Of a stretch of 64,000 nucleotides of DNA, positions 47,469 through 58,901 are shown one piece after another. Origin of the DNA: a virus. Its lineage: Duplodnaviria > Heunggongvirae > Uroviricota > Caudoviricetes. The notes under the pieces were generated by a model that saw only the letters and a list, made by a program, of their open reading frames with translations, made no database searches and was not told where the DNA came from. A program made the translations under genes and the position numbers. Where the stretch lies: the IMG/VR virus record IMGVR_UViG_2737471844_000002, positions 10,565 to 74,564 of that record. One strand, written 5' to 3'. Positions within the stretch are counted from its first letter, which is position 1, and every line of letters begins with the position of its first letter.

Positions 47469-47872
47469 AGCTCTGGCCCACGCTTGGCGTCGCTTTCCTT
47501 CTGATTGCCGCATGGGGAACATCCATGCGTCTGTCGTGGTCGCTGGGCCGGGAGAACGCCAGAAACGAAGCGCAGGCCAGCACCCTGAAAAGTACCGTCG
47601 ACACCCTGAATATCATCAGCACCGGGGTACAGGATATGCAGCAGGTGCTGGCGCAACTCCGCGTGGAAAATCAGCAACGCAATCAGGACGGAGAAGCCAG
47701 ACGTGAACAGCTACGCAACGATATTGCAAAAGATGAATGCGCCCACGCTTTGCCTGACGCTCGTTTTACTGACAGGTTGCGCAGGCACGCAGAACGCGCC
47801 ACGGCCAGCGCCGTCAGTCCGGCTTATACCGCAGACGCTGACCATACCGGTAACGCCTCCCCCCTTCCCTGA
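47465..47872 (+). CDS. lysB: i-spanin (Rz / LysB-like)
   Basis: ATG 47465 overlapping the endolysin stop; N-terminal TM helix then coiled-coil periplasmic domain. Confidence 0.55.
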   Translation: MKLWPTLGVAFLLIAAWGTSMRLSWSLGRENARNEAQASTLKSTVDTLNIISTGVQDMQQVLAQLRVENQQRNQDGEARREQLRNDIAKDECAHALPDARFTDRLRRHAERATASAVSPAYTADADHTGNASPLP

Positions 47873-48023
47873 TACTCCCACATGGGGAAATCTCGGTATA
47901 TGGGGCGACCGCCTTCTGGATGCACTGGAAACCTGTAACGCGGATAAACGGGCCATTGAATTACTGGAACAGCGCAGGCTGCAACGACTGAACAACGAGG
48001 ATAACAACCATGCTGAAAACTGA
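47733..48023 (+). CDS. lysC: o-spanin lipoprotein (Rz1 / LysC-like)
   Basis: Begins inside lysB in the +1 frame; canonical lipobox LLTGC followed by a Pro-rich mature region. Confidence 0.5.
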   Translation: MNAPTLCLTLVLLTGCAGTQNAPRPAPSVRLIPQTLTIPVTPPPFPDTPTWGNLGIWGDRLLDALETCNADKRAIELLEQRRLQRLNNEDNNHAEN

Positions 48024-48477
48024 TTCCCTGCGTGAAGCCATGACCCGTTCATGCCGATGGTGTCAGGCCAACCCGGAAAAATTCACCATTTTCGTGGAGA
48101 GCGGCAATATTGAAACGACCGGAGAAACTCCCTCGTTTGTTTACCACTATCAGATGGTGATGTTTGTCATGGATTACGCCGGAGAGCTGGACGACCTCAC
48201 GCTGCCGCTGCTGGCGTGGTTATCCGAAAATCAGCCACAGTTGTTGCTCAATCCGGAGCGTAATCAGGACATCAAATTTTCTGCCGTTATCAATGACGAT
48301 GACAGCGCCGATCTCCTGTTTACGCTCCCCCTGCGGGAACGCGTTCGCATCACGCGCAGCAGTCAGGGTACACCGCAGGCAGAACACCTGCCGGAGCCAG
48401 AACCCCGCCTGCCCTCTTCCGCAGGCGACTGGTCGTATGTATTCCAGGATGTGACGTGGGGTGAAAGCGATGGATAA
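48010..48477 (+). CDS. R: tail completion protein gpR
   Basis: 155-aa ORF, identical length to P2 gpR, conserved position. Confidence 0.7.
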   Translation: MLKTDSLREAMTRSCRWCQANPEKFTIFVESGNIETTGETPSFVYHYQMVMFVMDYAGELDDLTLPLLAWLSENQPQLLLNPERNQDIKFSAVINDDDSADLLFTLPLRERVRITRSSQGTPQAEHLPEPEPRLPSSAGDWSYVFQDVTWGESDG

Positions 48478-49105
48478 GGCATTCATCCGCGTGGATGAAA
48501 CCTTTGAGGCCATCCGCGACAGCCTGAATCAGCAGGCCATCAATAACATCGCCAGAAAGCTGGCACAGGATTTACGCCGCGCCCAGCAGGCGCGCATCCG
48601 GTCACAGAAAGCGCCGGACGGGACCGCATGGACACCACGCAGACGCCGCGTAACCCGGATACAGGAGCGCATTCGCTTTATCTGGAATAACGAAGCACGC
48701 ACGCTGAAAAACTGGCATTACGACACGGGGAAATACGGGCGAACCATCACCGGGTGGGATGAGGATAAAAACAGCATCCGCACGTTTTACCGGGATGACA
48801 TCGACCGCTTTCTGAAAATACGCACCCGGCGCATCAACCAGGACAGCACAAAGCGCGTTCCCATGTTCGTAAAACTGCGCACCGCCCGCTACCTGAAAGC
48901 CCGTGCAGATGCTTCCGGTGTGACGGTGGGTTACAGCGGCGTGGCCGCACGTATTGCACGCGTTCATCAGTTCGGTGAGCGCGATCAGGTTGCGCCGGGC
49001 ATTTTCACCGATTACCCGGTACGTGAGCTGCTGGGTATCAGCCAGGCAGATGAGCGCCTGATTTATAACACGGTGCTGGGCCGGATTGCGGAGGCTGTAC
49101 GGTGA
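48461..49105 (+). CDS. S: tail completion / virion morphogenesis protein gpS
   Basis: ORF overlapping the R stop; start may be ATG 48470. Confidence 0.65.
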   Translation: MKAMDKAFIRVDETFEAIRDSLNQQAINNIARKLAQDLRRAQQARIRSQKAPDGTAWTPRRRRVTRIQERIRFIWNNEARTLKNWHYDTGKYGRTITGWDEDKNSIRTFYRDDIDRFLKIRTRRINQDSTKRVPMFVKLRTARYLKARADASGVTVGYSGVAARIARVHQFGERDQVAPGIFTDYPVRELLGISQADERLIYNTVLGRIAEAVR

Positions 49106-49683
49106 GCGCAGAACTCATGCGACTGCTGAGCAACATCATCCGCACCGGGATCATCTCTGAAGTTGATGAGAAGTCCTGGCGCGTGCGCGTTCGCAGCGGC
49201 GAACTGGAAACAGGCTGGTTGCGCTGGAATACCACGCGCGCGGGAGCCTTCAATGTGTGGCTGCCGCCATCACCCGGCGAACAGGTGGTAATTGCCTGCA
49301 TTGGCGGCAACCCGGAAACCGCCATGATAATTGGCAGCCTATGGAGTGATGCCAGTCCGGCACCCGGCAAAAGCCTGAAAGAAATCGTGGTCAGCGCGCC
49401 GGATGGCGCGGTGTTCCGCTACGACGCGGACGCAGGCGCACTGAGTGCCAGCGGCATGAAAACGGCCACTTTGCAGGCATCCGTCAGCGTGAAACTGGAT
49501 ACGCCCGTCGTGGAATGCACAAACCTTCTGAGAACAGCGACGCTTGACGTCACAAAAGGAGGAAAGATGAGCGGCAATATCACGCACAGCGGCGGCAACT
49601 TCACCTCAAACGGCATTACCGTGCATACGCATAAACACGGTGGCGTGAAAGGCGGCAGCGATTCGACAGGAGGCCCGCAGTGA
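49102..49683 (+). CDS. V: baseplate spike protein gpV
   Basis: 193-aa ORF; P2 gpV-like. Confidence 0.75.
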   Translation: MSAELMRLLSNIIRTGIISEVDEKSWRVRVRSGELETGWLRWNTTRAGAFNVWLPPSPGEQVVIACIGGNPETAMIIGSLWSDASPAPGKSLKEIVVSAPDGAVFRYDADAGALSASGMKTATLQASVSVKLDTPVVECTNLLRTATLDVTKGGKMSGNITHSGGNFTSNGITVHTHKHGGVKGGSDSTGGPQ

Positions 49684-50030
49684 CAACCCGCTACACAGGA
49701 ATGAATCCGGACGGGACGGGAAACCTGAACGATACGGAGCACCTGAAACAGTCAGTCAGGGACATCCTGACCACCCCGCTGGCAAGCCGGGTTATGCGAC
49801 GGGAATATGGCAGCCTTGTGCCTGATTTGATTGACGAACCCATGAATAACACCACGCGTCTGCAATGCATGAGTGCTGCCGTGATTGCGCTGACACGATG
49901 GGAACCCCGCATTGCCCTGGACGCCATCGACGTTGTCTGGAAAGCGGGAGGCCGCGCCGGGGTGACGCTGTCGGGCACTGTCATGCAGACCATGCAGAAT
50001 GTTGAATTAACCATCACGCTGAGGGAGTAA
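49680..50030 (+). CDS. W: baseplate wedge protein gpW
   Basis: 116-aa ORF, ATGA coupling; P2 gpW-like size. Confidence 0.75.
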   Translation: MTTRYTGMNPDGTGNLNDTEHLKQSVRDILTTPLASRVMRREYGSLVPDLIDEPMNNTTRLQCMSAAVIALTRWEPRIALDAIDVVWKAGGRAGVTLSGTVMQTMQNVELTITLRE

Positions 50031-50033
50031 ATC

Positions 50034-50930
50034 ATGCCCGCCGTTGACCTTTCCCAGTTACCGGAACCCGCCATCATCGCGGAGCCTGACTTTGAAGCAA
50101 TTCTGGCTGACACAAAGGCCATGATGATTGCGGCTTATCCCGCCGAACAGCGTGAAGCCGTTTCCGCCGCGCTGGAGCTGGAATCGGAACCCCTTAACGT
50201 TATCGCTCAAACCATGTCGTTTCGTGAAATGCTGTTACGCCAGCGGGTTAACGAGGGTGCACGCGCCTGCATGTTAAGCCACAGCGCCGGGACAGACCTG
50301 GACAACCTCGCGGGCAATATGAACACAAAGCGCCTGGTTATCACTCCGGCAACGGATACCACCGACGCGGTGATGGAGAGCGACACCTCGCTGAGACTGC
50401 GGGCGCAGCGGGCGTACGACGGCCTGAGTGTTGCTGGCCCGTCAGGTGCATACGAGTATTTTGCCCGCAGCGCCAGCGGTCTGGTGCGTGATGCGCGGGC
50501 TATCAGTCCGTCTCCGGCAAATGTGACGGTTTCCATCCTGTCCACTGAAGGCGACGGCACGGCAACGGAGGCGTTGCTTAATACCGTTCGCGCCGTTCTG
50601 AATGCAGAGGATACCCGCCCGGTGGCCGACCGCCTGACCGTACAGAGCGCCAGCATCGTGACATGGCGGCTGAATGCAAAACTGTACTTTTACCCCGGTC
50701 CGGAATCCGAACCTATTCTGGCCGCGGCGGAATCGTCGTTCAGGAAGTGGCTGTCTGAGCAGGGGCTTATCGGTCAGGACGTGGCGTTGTCAGCCATTGC
50801 TGCCGCACTGCATGTGCACGGTGTGCAACGCGTGGAGATAATCGAACCCACACAAAATATGGCCATCAGCGACATACAGGCGGCGCGCTGTGAGTCATTC
50901 ACCATCAGCGAAGGTGGGCGTAATGAGTAA
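50034..50930 (+). CDS. J: baseplate protein gpJ
   Basis: 298-aa ORF. Confidence 0.8.
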   Translation: MPAVDLSQLPEPAIIAEPDFEAILADTKAMMIAAYPAEQREAVSAALELESEPLNVIAQTMSFREMLLRQRVNEGARACMLSHSAGTDLDNLAGNMNTKRLVITPATDTTDAVMESDTSLRLRAQRAYDGLSVAGPSGAYEYFARSASGLVRDARAISPSPANVTVSILSTEGDGTATEALLNTVRAVLNAEDTRPVADRLTVQSASIVTWRLNAKLYFYPGPESEPILAAAESSFRKWLSEQGLIGQDVALSAIAAALHVHGVQRVEIIEPTQNMAISDIQAARCESFTISEGGRNE

Positions 50931-51453
50931 TTCACTGTTACCGCCATCAGCCAGCAATTTCATGCATTGTGCCGAAGCTGTCGGAACGCGCATTACAGAC
51001 ATTCCGGTAGACCTCAACACGCTGTGGTCGCCGGACACCTGCCCGGTGCATCTGCTGCCTTATCTCGCCTGGGCATTTTCCGTTGACCGCTGGGATCGCA
51101 ACTGGCCGGAAGAGACAAAGCGACAGGTGATTCGTGATGCATGGCTGATACACCGACACAAAGGGACCATCAGCGCACTGCGCCGGGCCATTGAGCCGCT
51201 GGGATACCTCATTCGCGTGTCTGAGTGGTGGGAGTTCGGCGGAGAACCGGGAACATTTACTGTTGAAGTCGGCACGCTGGACAGTGGCGTGACGGAGGAA
51301 ATGTATCTGGAAATGGAGCGGTTGATTGCTGATGCCCGCCCGGTCAGCCGCCACATGACAGGGCTGAATATCATTCAGGAGATTCAGGGAGATATTTTCG
51401 CGGCGGCAGCAACTTACGACGGCGAAGTCATTACCATTTATCCGGACGATTAA
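50923..51453 (+). CDS. I: baseplate protein gpI
   Basis: ATG 50923 overlapping the J stop; 176 aa, same length as P2 gpI. Confidence 0.75.
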   Translation: MSNSLLPPSASNFMHCAEAVGTRITDIPVDLNTLWSPDTCPVHLLPYLAWAFSVDRWDRNWPEETKRQVIRDAWLIHRHKGTISALRRAIEPLGYLIRVSEWWEFGGEPGTFTVEVGTLDSGVTEEMYLEMERLIADARPVSRHMTGLNIIQEIQGDIFAAAATYDGEVITIYPDD

Positions 51454-51455
51454 GC

Positions 51456-53588
51456 ATGAGTACCACAACACGTAAATTTAAAACCGTTATCACCGATACG
51501 GGTGCCAAAAAATTAGCTCAGGCAGCCGCGCCAGATGGTAAGCCTGTCCGCCTGACTCATATGGCCGTGGGCGACGGTGGCGGTACATTGCCCACACCAG
51601 ACAGTAAGCAGACCCGTCTGGTGCATGAGGTGTGGCGACATACTGTTAATCGCGTCATCCTGGACGCAACACATCAGAACCGCATTATTGCAGAGCTGGT
51701 TATTCCTCCAGAAACGGGCGGATTCTGGATCCGGGAAATTGGTGTGTTTGATGAGCACGGCGATTTAATCGCGGTGGGCAATACTGCCGAAAGTTACAAG
51801 CCAGCCGTTGCCGAAGGGTCCGGTCGTGCACAAACATTTCGCACCATTCTGACCGTATCCAGCACTGCCACTGTGGCGCTTACCGTGGATAACACCATGG
51901 TGATGGCCACAGTGGATTACGTGGATAACAAACTGAAAGAGCATGAACAGTCACGACGTCACCCGGATGCCTCGCTGACCGCAAAAGGCTTTGTTCAACT
52001 CAGTAGCGCCACTAACAGCGATTCTGAAACGCTGGCTGCAACGCCGAAAGCGGTTAAGGTCGCGTATGATCTTGCTAACGGAAAATATACAGCGCAGGAT
52101 GCCACAACAGCGCGAAAAGGCCTTGTCCAGCTTAGTAGTGCAACCAACAGTACATCTGAAACGCTGGCGGCAACATCAAATGCAGTAAAAGCTGCCTATG
52201 ACAATGCTGAAAAACGTCTGCAGAAAGCTAAGAATGGTGAGGATATCTCTGACAAAGACACCTTTACGAAAAATATCGGTGCCTGCCGTGCATATAGTGC
52301 AGAGCTGAATATTGGTGGAGATAGTGAAGCATGGACAACTGCGCAGTTGATTTTTTGGCTAGAGAGTCAGGGGGCATTTAACCATCCTTACTGGATGTGC
52401 AAAGGCTCATGGGCTTATGCAAGTAATAAGGTCATTACAGATACAGGTTGCGGAAATATTTGTCTTGCAGGTGCTGTTGTGGAAGTTATTGGCACCCGCG
52501 GCGCAATGACCATACGCATTACCACACCGAGTACATCCAGCGGTGAAGGCATCCCTAATGCTCAATTTACTTATATTAATCATGGTGATGCTTATGCTCC
52601 TGGCTGGCGAAGGGACTATAACTCCAGGAATAAGCCAACAGCATCAGAGATCGGGGCGTTACCGTCAGATGGGACAGCAGTATCGTCAGTTAATCTGGCT
52701 TCAAAAGGTCGGCTGACCGCCCTGACAGATAATATGCAGGGGGCCACAGGTCTGGAGTTATACGAGGCGTATAACAACGGATATCCAACAGCGTATGGAA
52801 ATATCATTCACCTGAAAGGGATGACAGCCGTTGGCGAAGGCGAATTACTCATCGGCTGGAGTGGTATAAGCGGTGCTCATGCTCCGGCATTTATTCGTTC
52901 ACGACGGGATACGACCGACGCAAACTGGTCGCCGTGGGCGCAGCTTTACACCTCGGCTCATCCTCCTGAAGAGTTTTATCCAGTCGGTGCACCGATTCCG
53001 TGGCCATCAGATACCGTTCCGTCTGGTTATGCCCTGATGCAGGGGCAGACTTTTGACAAATCTGCATACCCGAAACTTGCAGTCGCTTATCCGTCAGGCG
53101 TGATCCCTGATATGCGTGGCTGGACTATCAAGGGCAAACCTGCCAGTGGTCGTGCCGTATTGTCTCAGGAACAGGACGGCATTAAATCGCACACCCACAG
53201 CGCCAGCGCATCCAGTACTGATTTGGGGACGAAAACCACATCGTCGTTTGATTACGGTACTAAAACGACCAGTTCATTTGATTACGGCACAAAAACCACA
53301 AATAGCGCAGGAGCTCATTCACACAATATACCTGTTGGTCACACTGGCGCGGGGAATGGTGTATCAGCCGGTTATAACGCTGCGTTAGGTACTGGTACCA
53401 CGTCGAGCGCAGGAGGGCATGCTCACAATGTATATATCGGTGCCCATAACCACACTATCGGCATTGGTGCTCATGCCCATTCTGTCATTATTGGTCCCCA
53501 CGGACACACCATCACCGTTAATGCTACGGGGAACGCAGAAAACACCGTAAAAAACATCGCATTTAACTATATTGTGAGGCTTGCATAA
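51456..53588 (+). CDS. H: tail fibre protein gpH
   Basis: 710-aa ORF; P2 gpH-like N-terminus ([21 protein letters not shown]...); internal tandem repeats; C-terminal tip shared with the Mu-like fibre at 28501-29430. Confidence 0.85.
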   Translation: MSTTTRKFKTVITDTGAKKLAQAAAPDGKPVRLTHMAVGDGGGTLPTPDSKQTRLVHEVWRHTVNRVILDATHQNRIIAELVIPPETGGFWIREIGVFDEHGDLIAVGNTAESYKPAVAEGSGRAQTFRTILTVSSTATVALTVDNTMVMATVDYVDNKLKEHEQSRRHPDASLTAKGFVQLSSATNSDSETLAATPKAVKVAYDLANGKYTAQDATTARKGLVQLSSATNSTSETLAATSNAVKAAYDNAEKRLQKAKNGEDISDKDTFTKNIGACRAYSAELNIGGDSEAWTTAQLIFWLESQGAFNHPYWMCKGSWAYASNKVITDTGCGNICLAGAVVEVIGTRGAMTIRITTPSTSSGEGIPNAQFTYINHGDAYAPGWRRDYNSRNKPTASEIGALPSDGTAVSSVNLASKGRLTALTDNMQGATGLELYEAYNNGYPTAYGNIIHLKGMTAVGEGELLIGWSGISGAHAPAFIRSRRDTTDANWSPWAQLYTSAHPPEEFYPVGAPIPWPSDTVPSGYALMQGQTFDKSAYPKLAVAYPSGVIPDMRGWTIKGKPASGRAVLSQEQDGIKSHTHSASASSTDLGTKTTSSFDYGTKTTSSFDYGTKTTNSAGAHSHNIPVGHTGAGNGVSAGYNAALGTGTTSSAGGHAHNVYIGAHNHTIGIGAHAHSVIIGPHGHTITVNATGNAENTVKNIAFNYIVRLA

Positions 53589-54187
53589 TGACATTCAGAA
53601 TGAGTGAACAATCACGGACCATAAAAATTTATAATCTGCTGGTCGGAACCAATGAATTTATTGGTGAAGGTGATGCATACATTCCACCTCATACAGGTCT
53701 GCCTGCAAATAGTACTGATATTGCTCCGCCAGATATTCCAGCTGGCTTCGTGGCTGTTTTCAACAGTGATGGGGCGTCCTGGCATCTCGTTGAAGATCAT
53801 CGTGGTAAAACGGTTTATGACGTGGCTTCCGGCGACGCGTTATTTATTTCTGAACTCGGTCCGTTACCGGAAAATGTCACCTGGTTGTCGCCGGAAGGGG
53901 AATATCAGAAGTGGAACGGCATAGCCTGGGTGAAGGATACGGAAGCAGAAAAAGTGTTCCGGATACGGGAGGCGGAAGAAACAAAAAACAGCCTCATGCA
54001 GGTAGCCAGTGAGCATATTTCGCCACTTCAAGATGCCGTAGATTTGAATATTGCAACAGAGGAAGAAACATCGTTACTGGTGGCATGGAAGAAGTATCGA
54101 GTGCTGCTGAACCGTGTTGATACATCAAGAGCACCGGATATTGAGTGGCCAGCTTCCCCAGTGGAATCAAGGAGTAAACAAGCATAA
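53588..54187 (+). CDS. G: tail fibre assembly protein gpG
   Basis: 199-aa ORF; ATGA coupling to H. Confidence 0.8.
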   Translation: MTFRMSEQSRTIKIYNLLVGTNEFIGEGDAYIPPHTGLPANSTDIAPPDIPAGFVAVFNSDGASWHLVEDHRGKTVYDVASGDALFISELGPLPENVTWLSPEGEYQKWNGIAWVKDTEAEKVFRIREAEETKNSLMQVASEHISPLQDAVDLNIATEEETSLLVAWKKYRVLLNRVDTSRAPDIEWPASPVESRSKQA

Positions 54188-54251
54188 AGGCTTTCATTTC
54201 AAACCATTGTAGTCCAGTTTTTTGTATAGTACCCTGCTCATTACGGATGAC

Positions 54252-55460
54252 ATGTGTGATTTGGAATTTCAGGGTACCATTATGAATGTTATTTCATCGT
54301 TAAAACAGCTTAACAGACAGCGAAATATTAAAACAAAAAAGATAAAGACGAAGGCCAGACTGGCATTTCTAAAAATGCGATACAGAAGGAAAACATCATT
54401 ACAGCCGGATAGTTATAAAACAGTGTGCATTTTCATGCACATGCAAGCCATTGGTGACGGCATCGTTACCTCAGGGTTTATTAAACAACTTCAAAAATCC
54501 GGTATGGTGGTATATGTGATAGCACCTTCAAGAGTATCATTCCTCTTTACTGACATTGTTGGCGTGGATGCCTTTATATCTTACGAGAAAAATAAATTTA
54601 ACGAACTAAAAGCAAAGATAAAAAAACTGAATGTAGATCTTGTTGTTGACTTCTCAAATTTTGATAACACAGCGATAACCAGATTGCAAACACTACATTT
54701 ACTTAGACCTAAACACTCTATCTGTTTTAATCATCCTGCCGTAACTATTTTTGATACAAATATAATCGATAATCGTTCCATTCACACATCTGAAAGAATG
54801 AAAAAAGTTTTATCTTTACTAAAGATAAAAAATAATAATTATGCTGCAGCGCTTAATTTTGACAACAAAATATATGAACCAGCAAATATTGTTGCAAATG
54901 AATTCAGGAAAAAAAACAAAAAATTAGTTATATTTAACCCTTATGGCTCTCAGAATAGCAGAACCTTATCTGATGAACAGATAAAAAAAGTACTAGCTTA
55001 CCTTAATAACCTTAAGGGATATCACACAATAGTTTTTAATATGGGAAAACAGATTAATCACAATGGATTGGATAATGTGTCTCTATCTCCATTTTCTGAT
55101 GCCGGATGTTCATTTGCATTGGTTCGCCATGCTGATTTTGTTATAACTGTAGATACTGCCATTGTACATTTAGCCAGTGCATTAAACATTAGACAATACT
55201 GTATATATAATAACAGAATGCATGAAGGAAAATTCGAAAATAATATTGTGTGGGGGCCAAACAGCAAATTAGCGACTCAACTCACCACATCCGAACATCT
55301 AAGGTCTGAAGGGGGCGACGATATGCATAAATTCGACATAATGATCTTAATTAATGCTATCAAACAAGATTTGACAAACGATATACCGAATTACCACTCG
55401 GATTTAGGTTGTAAAAATAGTTCCAGAAACCCAGAATTAGAAAGTAGCAATTCTTTATAA
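54252..55460 (+). CDS. GT9-like glycosyltransferase (heptosyltransferase fold), moron
   Basis: Track ORF begins at TTG 54222; ATG 54252 or 54282 more likely; strongly AT-rich; C-terminal VDTAIVHLASALN and central FNPYGSQNSRTL motifs resemble WaaC/WaaF-type LPS heptosyltransferases. Confidence 0.55.
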   Translation: MCDLEFQGTIMNVISSLKQLNRQRNIKTKKIKTKARLAFLKMRYRRKTSLQPDSYKTVCIFMHMQAIGDGIVTSGFIKQLQKSGMVVYVIAPSRVSFLFTDIVGVDAFISYEKNKFNELKAKIKKLNVDLVVDFSNFDNTAITRLQTLHLLRPKHSICFNHPAVTIFDTNIIDNRSIHTSERMKKVLSLLKIKNNNYAAALNFDNKIYEPANIVANEFRKKNKKLVIFNPYGSQNSRTLSDEQIKKVLAYLNNLKGYHTIVFNMGKQINHNGLDNVSLSPFSDAGCSFALVRHADFVITVDTAIVHLASALNIRQYCIYNNRMHEGKFENNIVWGPNSKLATQLTTSEHLRSEGGDDMHKFDIMILINAIKQDLTNDIPNYHSDLGCKNSSRNPELESSNSL

Positions 55461-55556
55461 AGTAGAAACCTCAACAGTTTTATCAGGACCTACGATATAT
55501 TATATAACAACAAGCCGCCCATTACCCAATATGAAGGTATTGGCGGCAATGTAAAA

Positions 55557-56051
55557 TCAGAACAGTCCTTTAACTGAACTGGCCGCGCTGTTAAGAGATG
55601 ATGTCACCTTATCTTTGAAGCCGGACAGCATATCGCTGAACGATGAGGATTGCAGGCGCTCCCGCAAATCCTCATCACAGCGTTCAAGGGTCAGTGAAAA
55701 TTCTATCTTTTTCGCCTTACCGTAGCGATCAAACTCGGAACGGGTCGTATTCGTTCCGGTCAGGACATACATGCCGTAAATCAGCCCGACACCATCAATC
55801 AAAGGCCAGGGTCGTCCTGTATACGCCTGCGTGGTCAGCAGCGACAGCGACACTTCGCCACCTGTAATTTCAGGATAAAGCACACCAGAAAGCACGATGC
55901 GATCATCACCTGCACCGATATACTGCCAGCTTGCTGAACGGTTAACGCGTTCATTTTTCACATGCCGCCAGCTTTTGTTTTGCTGTAACTGCTGATGCGG
56001 CAGCGTGCGCAGCTCAAAAACAAACATGCCGTAGATCATCATCATGGCCAT
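55557..56051 (-). CDS. U: tail protein gpU
   Basis: 164-aa ORF on the minus strand; P2 gpU-like size. Confidence 0.75.
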   Translation of the reverse strand: MAMMMIYGMFVFELRTLPHQQLQQNKSWRHVKNERVNRSASWQYIGAGDDRIVLSGVLYPEITGGEVSLSLLTTQAYTGRPWPLIDGVGLIYGMYVLTGTNTTRSEFDRYGKAKKIEFSLTLERCDEDLRERLQSSSFSDMLSGFKDKVTSSLNSAASSVKGLF

Positions 56052-56057
56052 GACTCC

Positions 56058-58901
56058 TCAATCTTTATCGTAAAAACTTCCACGCCCGGCACGGGCGCGC
56101 CGTTCCATTTCTGCCCTGACCATTTCACCGACCAGTTTCGCCAGTTCGCGGGGATTCTGCGTAACAACGTTATGCAGATGAACATGAATTTCACCGCCAA
56201 ATCCGGAGGCAACAGGCTCCCGGTTACGGGAAGTTGCAGGAACTGATGCCACTGGCGATCGTATGGCCTCTGCCACCGGGCGGGAGCTGGCCGCAACAAC
56301 AGGGACCAGCGCCGGAGGCAGCGGAGCCGGAACCACAGGTGTGATATTAATTGCGGGGGCAGGCTTACTGACCTGCGCAATCTTCCGCTCCTGCCACTCC
56401 CCACGAACAGCAAGTGCTCGGGGCAGGTTCTTAAAGACAATATCGCCGGGGCCAATGCGTTTTTTCGTCTCATCAACCAGCTTACCTGTGTTATCAGCAA
56501 TTTTGCTGAGTCTGCGTAGCGTCCCGGTATTGCTGTCTGTGAGCGGTTTGTTGTCTTTGGGTTTATCACCTCCGGTGCCATTGCCATTTTCCACAGGCTT
56601 CGGCGGATTGATTTTCGCCAGGTCCCCCTGAAGCAAGGCAACCTTGTCCTGAAGAATGGCCGCACGCTGTGCGTCTTCGATTTTCTTGCGCGCCCTTTCC
56701 GCTTCATCCGGAAGGACGCCAAGTTTTTCAAGTATCCACGCCAGCGTATCCAGTAGCATTTTTGCAGGTGTCAGAACAAGTTGTAACGCACCGCCAAGAA
56801 CGTTACCGAATATCTCGCCAGCACTGGTACATTTATCCAGCGTTTCCTTGCTGGACTCCATCGGTGACAGCAGCGATTTAAACCAGTTAAACACCTGGCT
56901 GATCCCGCTTCCGATTGCGTCAAAAACAGGACCAAACCGTTCAAAGGTTTCGCGCAACGGGGTCAGCCTTTCCATAATCCCGCTGAACACCCCGGCAAAA
57001 AATGCCCTGATGGGATCCCAGTATTTCCAGATAAGAACGGCAGCTCCGGCAAGCGCAGCCACGATAAGACCAACCGGACTGAACAACGCCCCGATAGCGC
57101 CTCCCAGTAAAGAAACGGAACCCGTCACCATTCCCCATAGTGCTGGCAGGACCCTGACAGCATTCATTGATCCGGTCAGGAGAGAAAAACCAAGACGCAG
57201 TTTTGCCAGCGGGCCAGCAAGCACACCAATAGCCAGCGACAACGAGCCAACCGTTGCAGTCATTGCCAGCAGCGCACCGCCTGCTATCAGTAGCTGGCGC
57301 GTCAGTGCCGGATGGGCCTGCGCCAGCGCCGTCACCCTTGATACCACCCGCGTGAGCCACTGCGTGACAGAACGCAGCGGACCGTCAATCAGATCTGCAA
57401 TGCGGATGCGCAACCCTTCCCATGCACTGCCGAGTGATTTCAGATCGCCGTCAAGGTTGTTGGCCATAACCTTTGCTGTGCGTTCAGCCTCACCGCGCGC
57501 GCCTTCAAGTTCTTTTCTCAGTTTGGGTAAGGAACCGTCACCCGCTGCATCAACGAGCGCCATAAACGATGTGAAAGCCTCTTCTCCGGCAATGTCCTTA
57601 AAGAACGATACCCGGTCAACTTCCCCGTATTTGCGGGTGGCTTTATAAAGGTCGGCCAGCACATCTTCCATCGGGCGCATTTTGCCGTTCGCGTCAGAGA
57701 CTGCCACACCGAGCTCTTTCAGCGCCTCTGCTGCTGCCTTTGGCGGTGATGCCAGACGAGCCAGGCTGGCACGCATTGCCGTCCCGGCATCACTCCCTCT
57801 GATACCCATATTCGCCAGCACGCCCGCCATCGCTGCGGCCTGCTCCAGCGATATTCCCAGCTTACCCGCCGCCGGACCTGCATATTTCATGGTTTCGCCC
57901 AGTGCGCGAAGGTCAGTGTTGGTACGGGTAAACGCTGCGGTGAGCGTGTCGCCAACCCGGTCCATCTGGTCAGCAGAAAGGCCGAACTGCGTCAGGATAT
58001 TTGAGCCAATATCCGCCGTCTCGCCGAGATCCATGCCGCCAGCCGTTGCCATGCTCAGCACGCCCGGAAGCGCAGCCTGAATGGCCTGCGGTGTGAAGCC
58101 CGCCATTGCAAGAAATGCCTGCCCACTGGCGGCATCGCCTGCGGTGAACTGCGTTTCAGAGCCAAGTTTTAACGTCTGCTCACGCAGCGCCTTAAACTGC
58201 GGGCTGTTTTTGTCGATTCGCGTCAGAGCCTGAACGCGGGACATCTCTTTCCCGAACCCAATCGCGGGCTGCAAAAAACGCCCGGCAGCATAGCCGCCCG
58301 CCGCTGCCGCACCTGTTGCCAGTGCACCACCTGTTTTCAGTTTTCCCGCGGTTTCCTGCGCGCGCGAATACCGCTCACGCGCCCGCGTTACACGCGCAAG
58401 CGCCTGCCGTTCGCGTTCAAGCTGGTTGTTGTACTGTTCGGTGCGTCTGATGGCCTGCTGGATGGTGTTATCGCTGCCTGTCAGGGAAATGCCGTGGCGT
58501 TTCAGCTCTCCGCCAAGCTCCCGCATTTTCTGAATTTCCCGTGTGCGCGATTCATTCAGGCGTTCAAGCCGGGTGCTTAACTGCTGCATCAGCTTTTGTT
58601 GTTTTTCGCTGAGCACTGTACCCGTGCGTTGTAACTGATTAAGGGCGTTAAGCTGGCGTCGTGCTTTCACGATACCCGCATCCGCTTTACTGACAGCGTC
58701 GCGGGCGCGCTCAAATGATCGCGCCTGACGCTCGAGATTTTTGATCGCCCCCTGCGTTCGCTGGATGGAGTCACCAAACTGCCCCATCAGGCGGCGTGCG
58801 TTTTCGGCAGGTCGGGTCAGCCTGTCAACGGCGCTGAAAGCGACCCGGATATCAAGAGTCTTCATTGTCTGCATTCCCGCTGCGAAGTGCCGCCCGCTCA
58901 C
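56058..58901 (-). CDS. T: tail tape measure protein gpT
   Basis: 947-aa ORF on the minus strand; Ala-rich, coiled-coil N-terminus. Confidence 0.8.
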   Translation of the reverse strand: MSGRHFAAGMQTMKTLDIRVAFSAVDRLTRPAENARRLMGQFGDSIQRTQGAIKNLERQARSFERARDAVSKADAGIVKARRQLNALNQLQRTGTVLSEKQQKLMQQLSTRLERLNESRTREIQKMRELGGELKRHGISLTGSDNTIQQAIRRTEQYNNQLERERQALARVTRARERYSRAQETAGKLKTGGALATGAAAAGGYAAGRFLQPAIGFGKEMSRVQALTRIDKNSPQFKALREQTLKLGSETQFTAGDAASGQAFLAMAGFTPQAIQAALPGVLSMATAGGMDLGETADIGSNILTQFGLSADQMDRVGDTLTAAFTRTNTDLRALGETMKYAGPAAGKLGISLEQAAAMAGVLANMGIRGSDAGTAMRASLARLASPPKAAAEALKELGVAVSDANGKMRPMEDVLADLYKATRKYGEVDRVSFFKDIAGEEAFTSFMALVDAAGDGSLPKLRKELEGARGEAERTAKVMANNLDGDLKSLGSAWEGLRIRIADLIDGPLRSVTQWLTRVVSRVTALAQAHPALTRQLLIAGGALLAMTATVGSLSLAIGVLAGPLAKLRLGFSLLTGSMNAVRVLPALWGMVTGSVSLLGGAIGALFSPVGLIVAALAGAAVLIWKYWDPIRAFFAGVFSGIMERLTPLRETFERFGPVFDAIGSGISQVFNWFKSLLSPMESSKETLDKCTSAGEIFGNVLGGALQLVLTPAKMLLDTLAWILEKLGVLPDEAERARKKIEDAQRAAILQDKVALLQGDLAKINPPKPVENGNGTGGDKPKDNKPLTDSNTGTLRRLSKIADNTGKLVDETKKRIGPGDIVFKNLPRALAVRGEWQERKIAQVSKPAPAINITPVVPAPLPPALVPVVAASSRPVAEAIRSPVASVPATSRNREPVASGFGGEIHVHLHNVVTQNPRELAKLVGEMVRAEMERRARAGRGSFYDKD

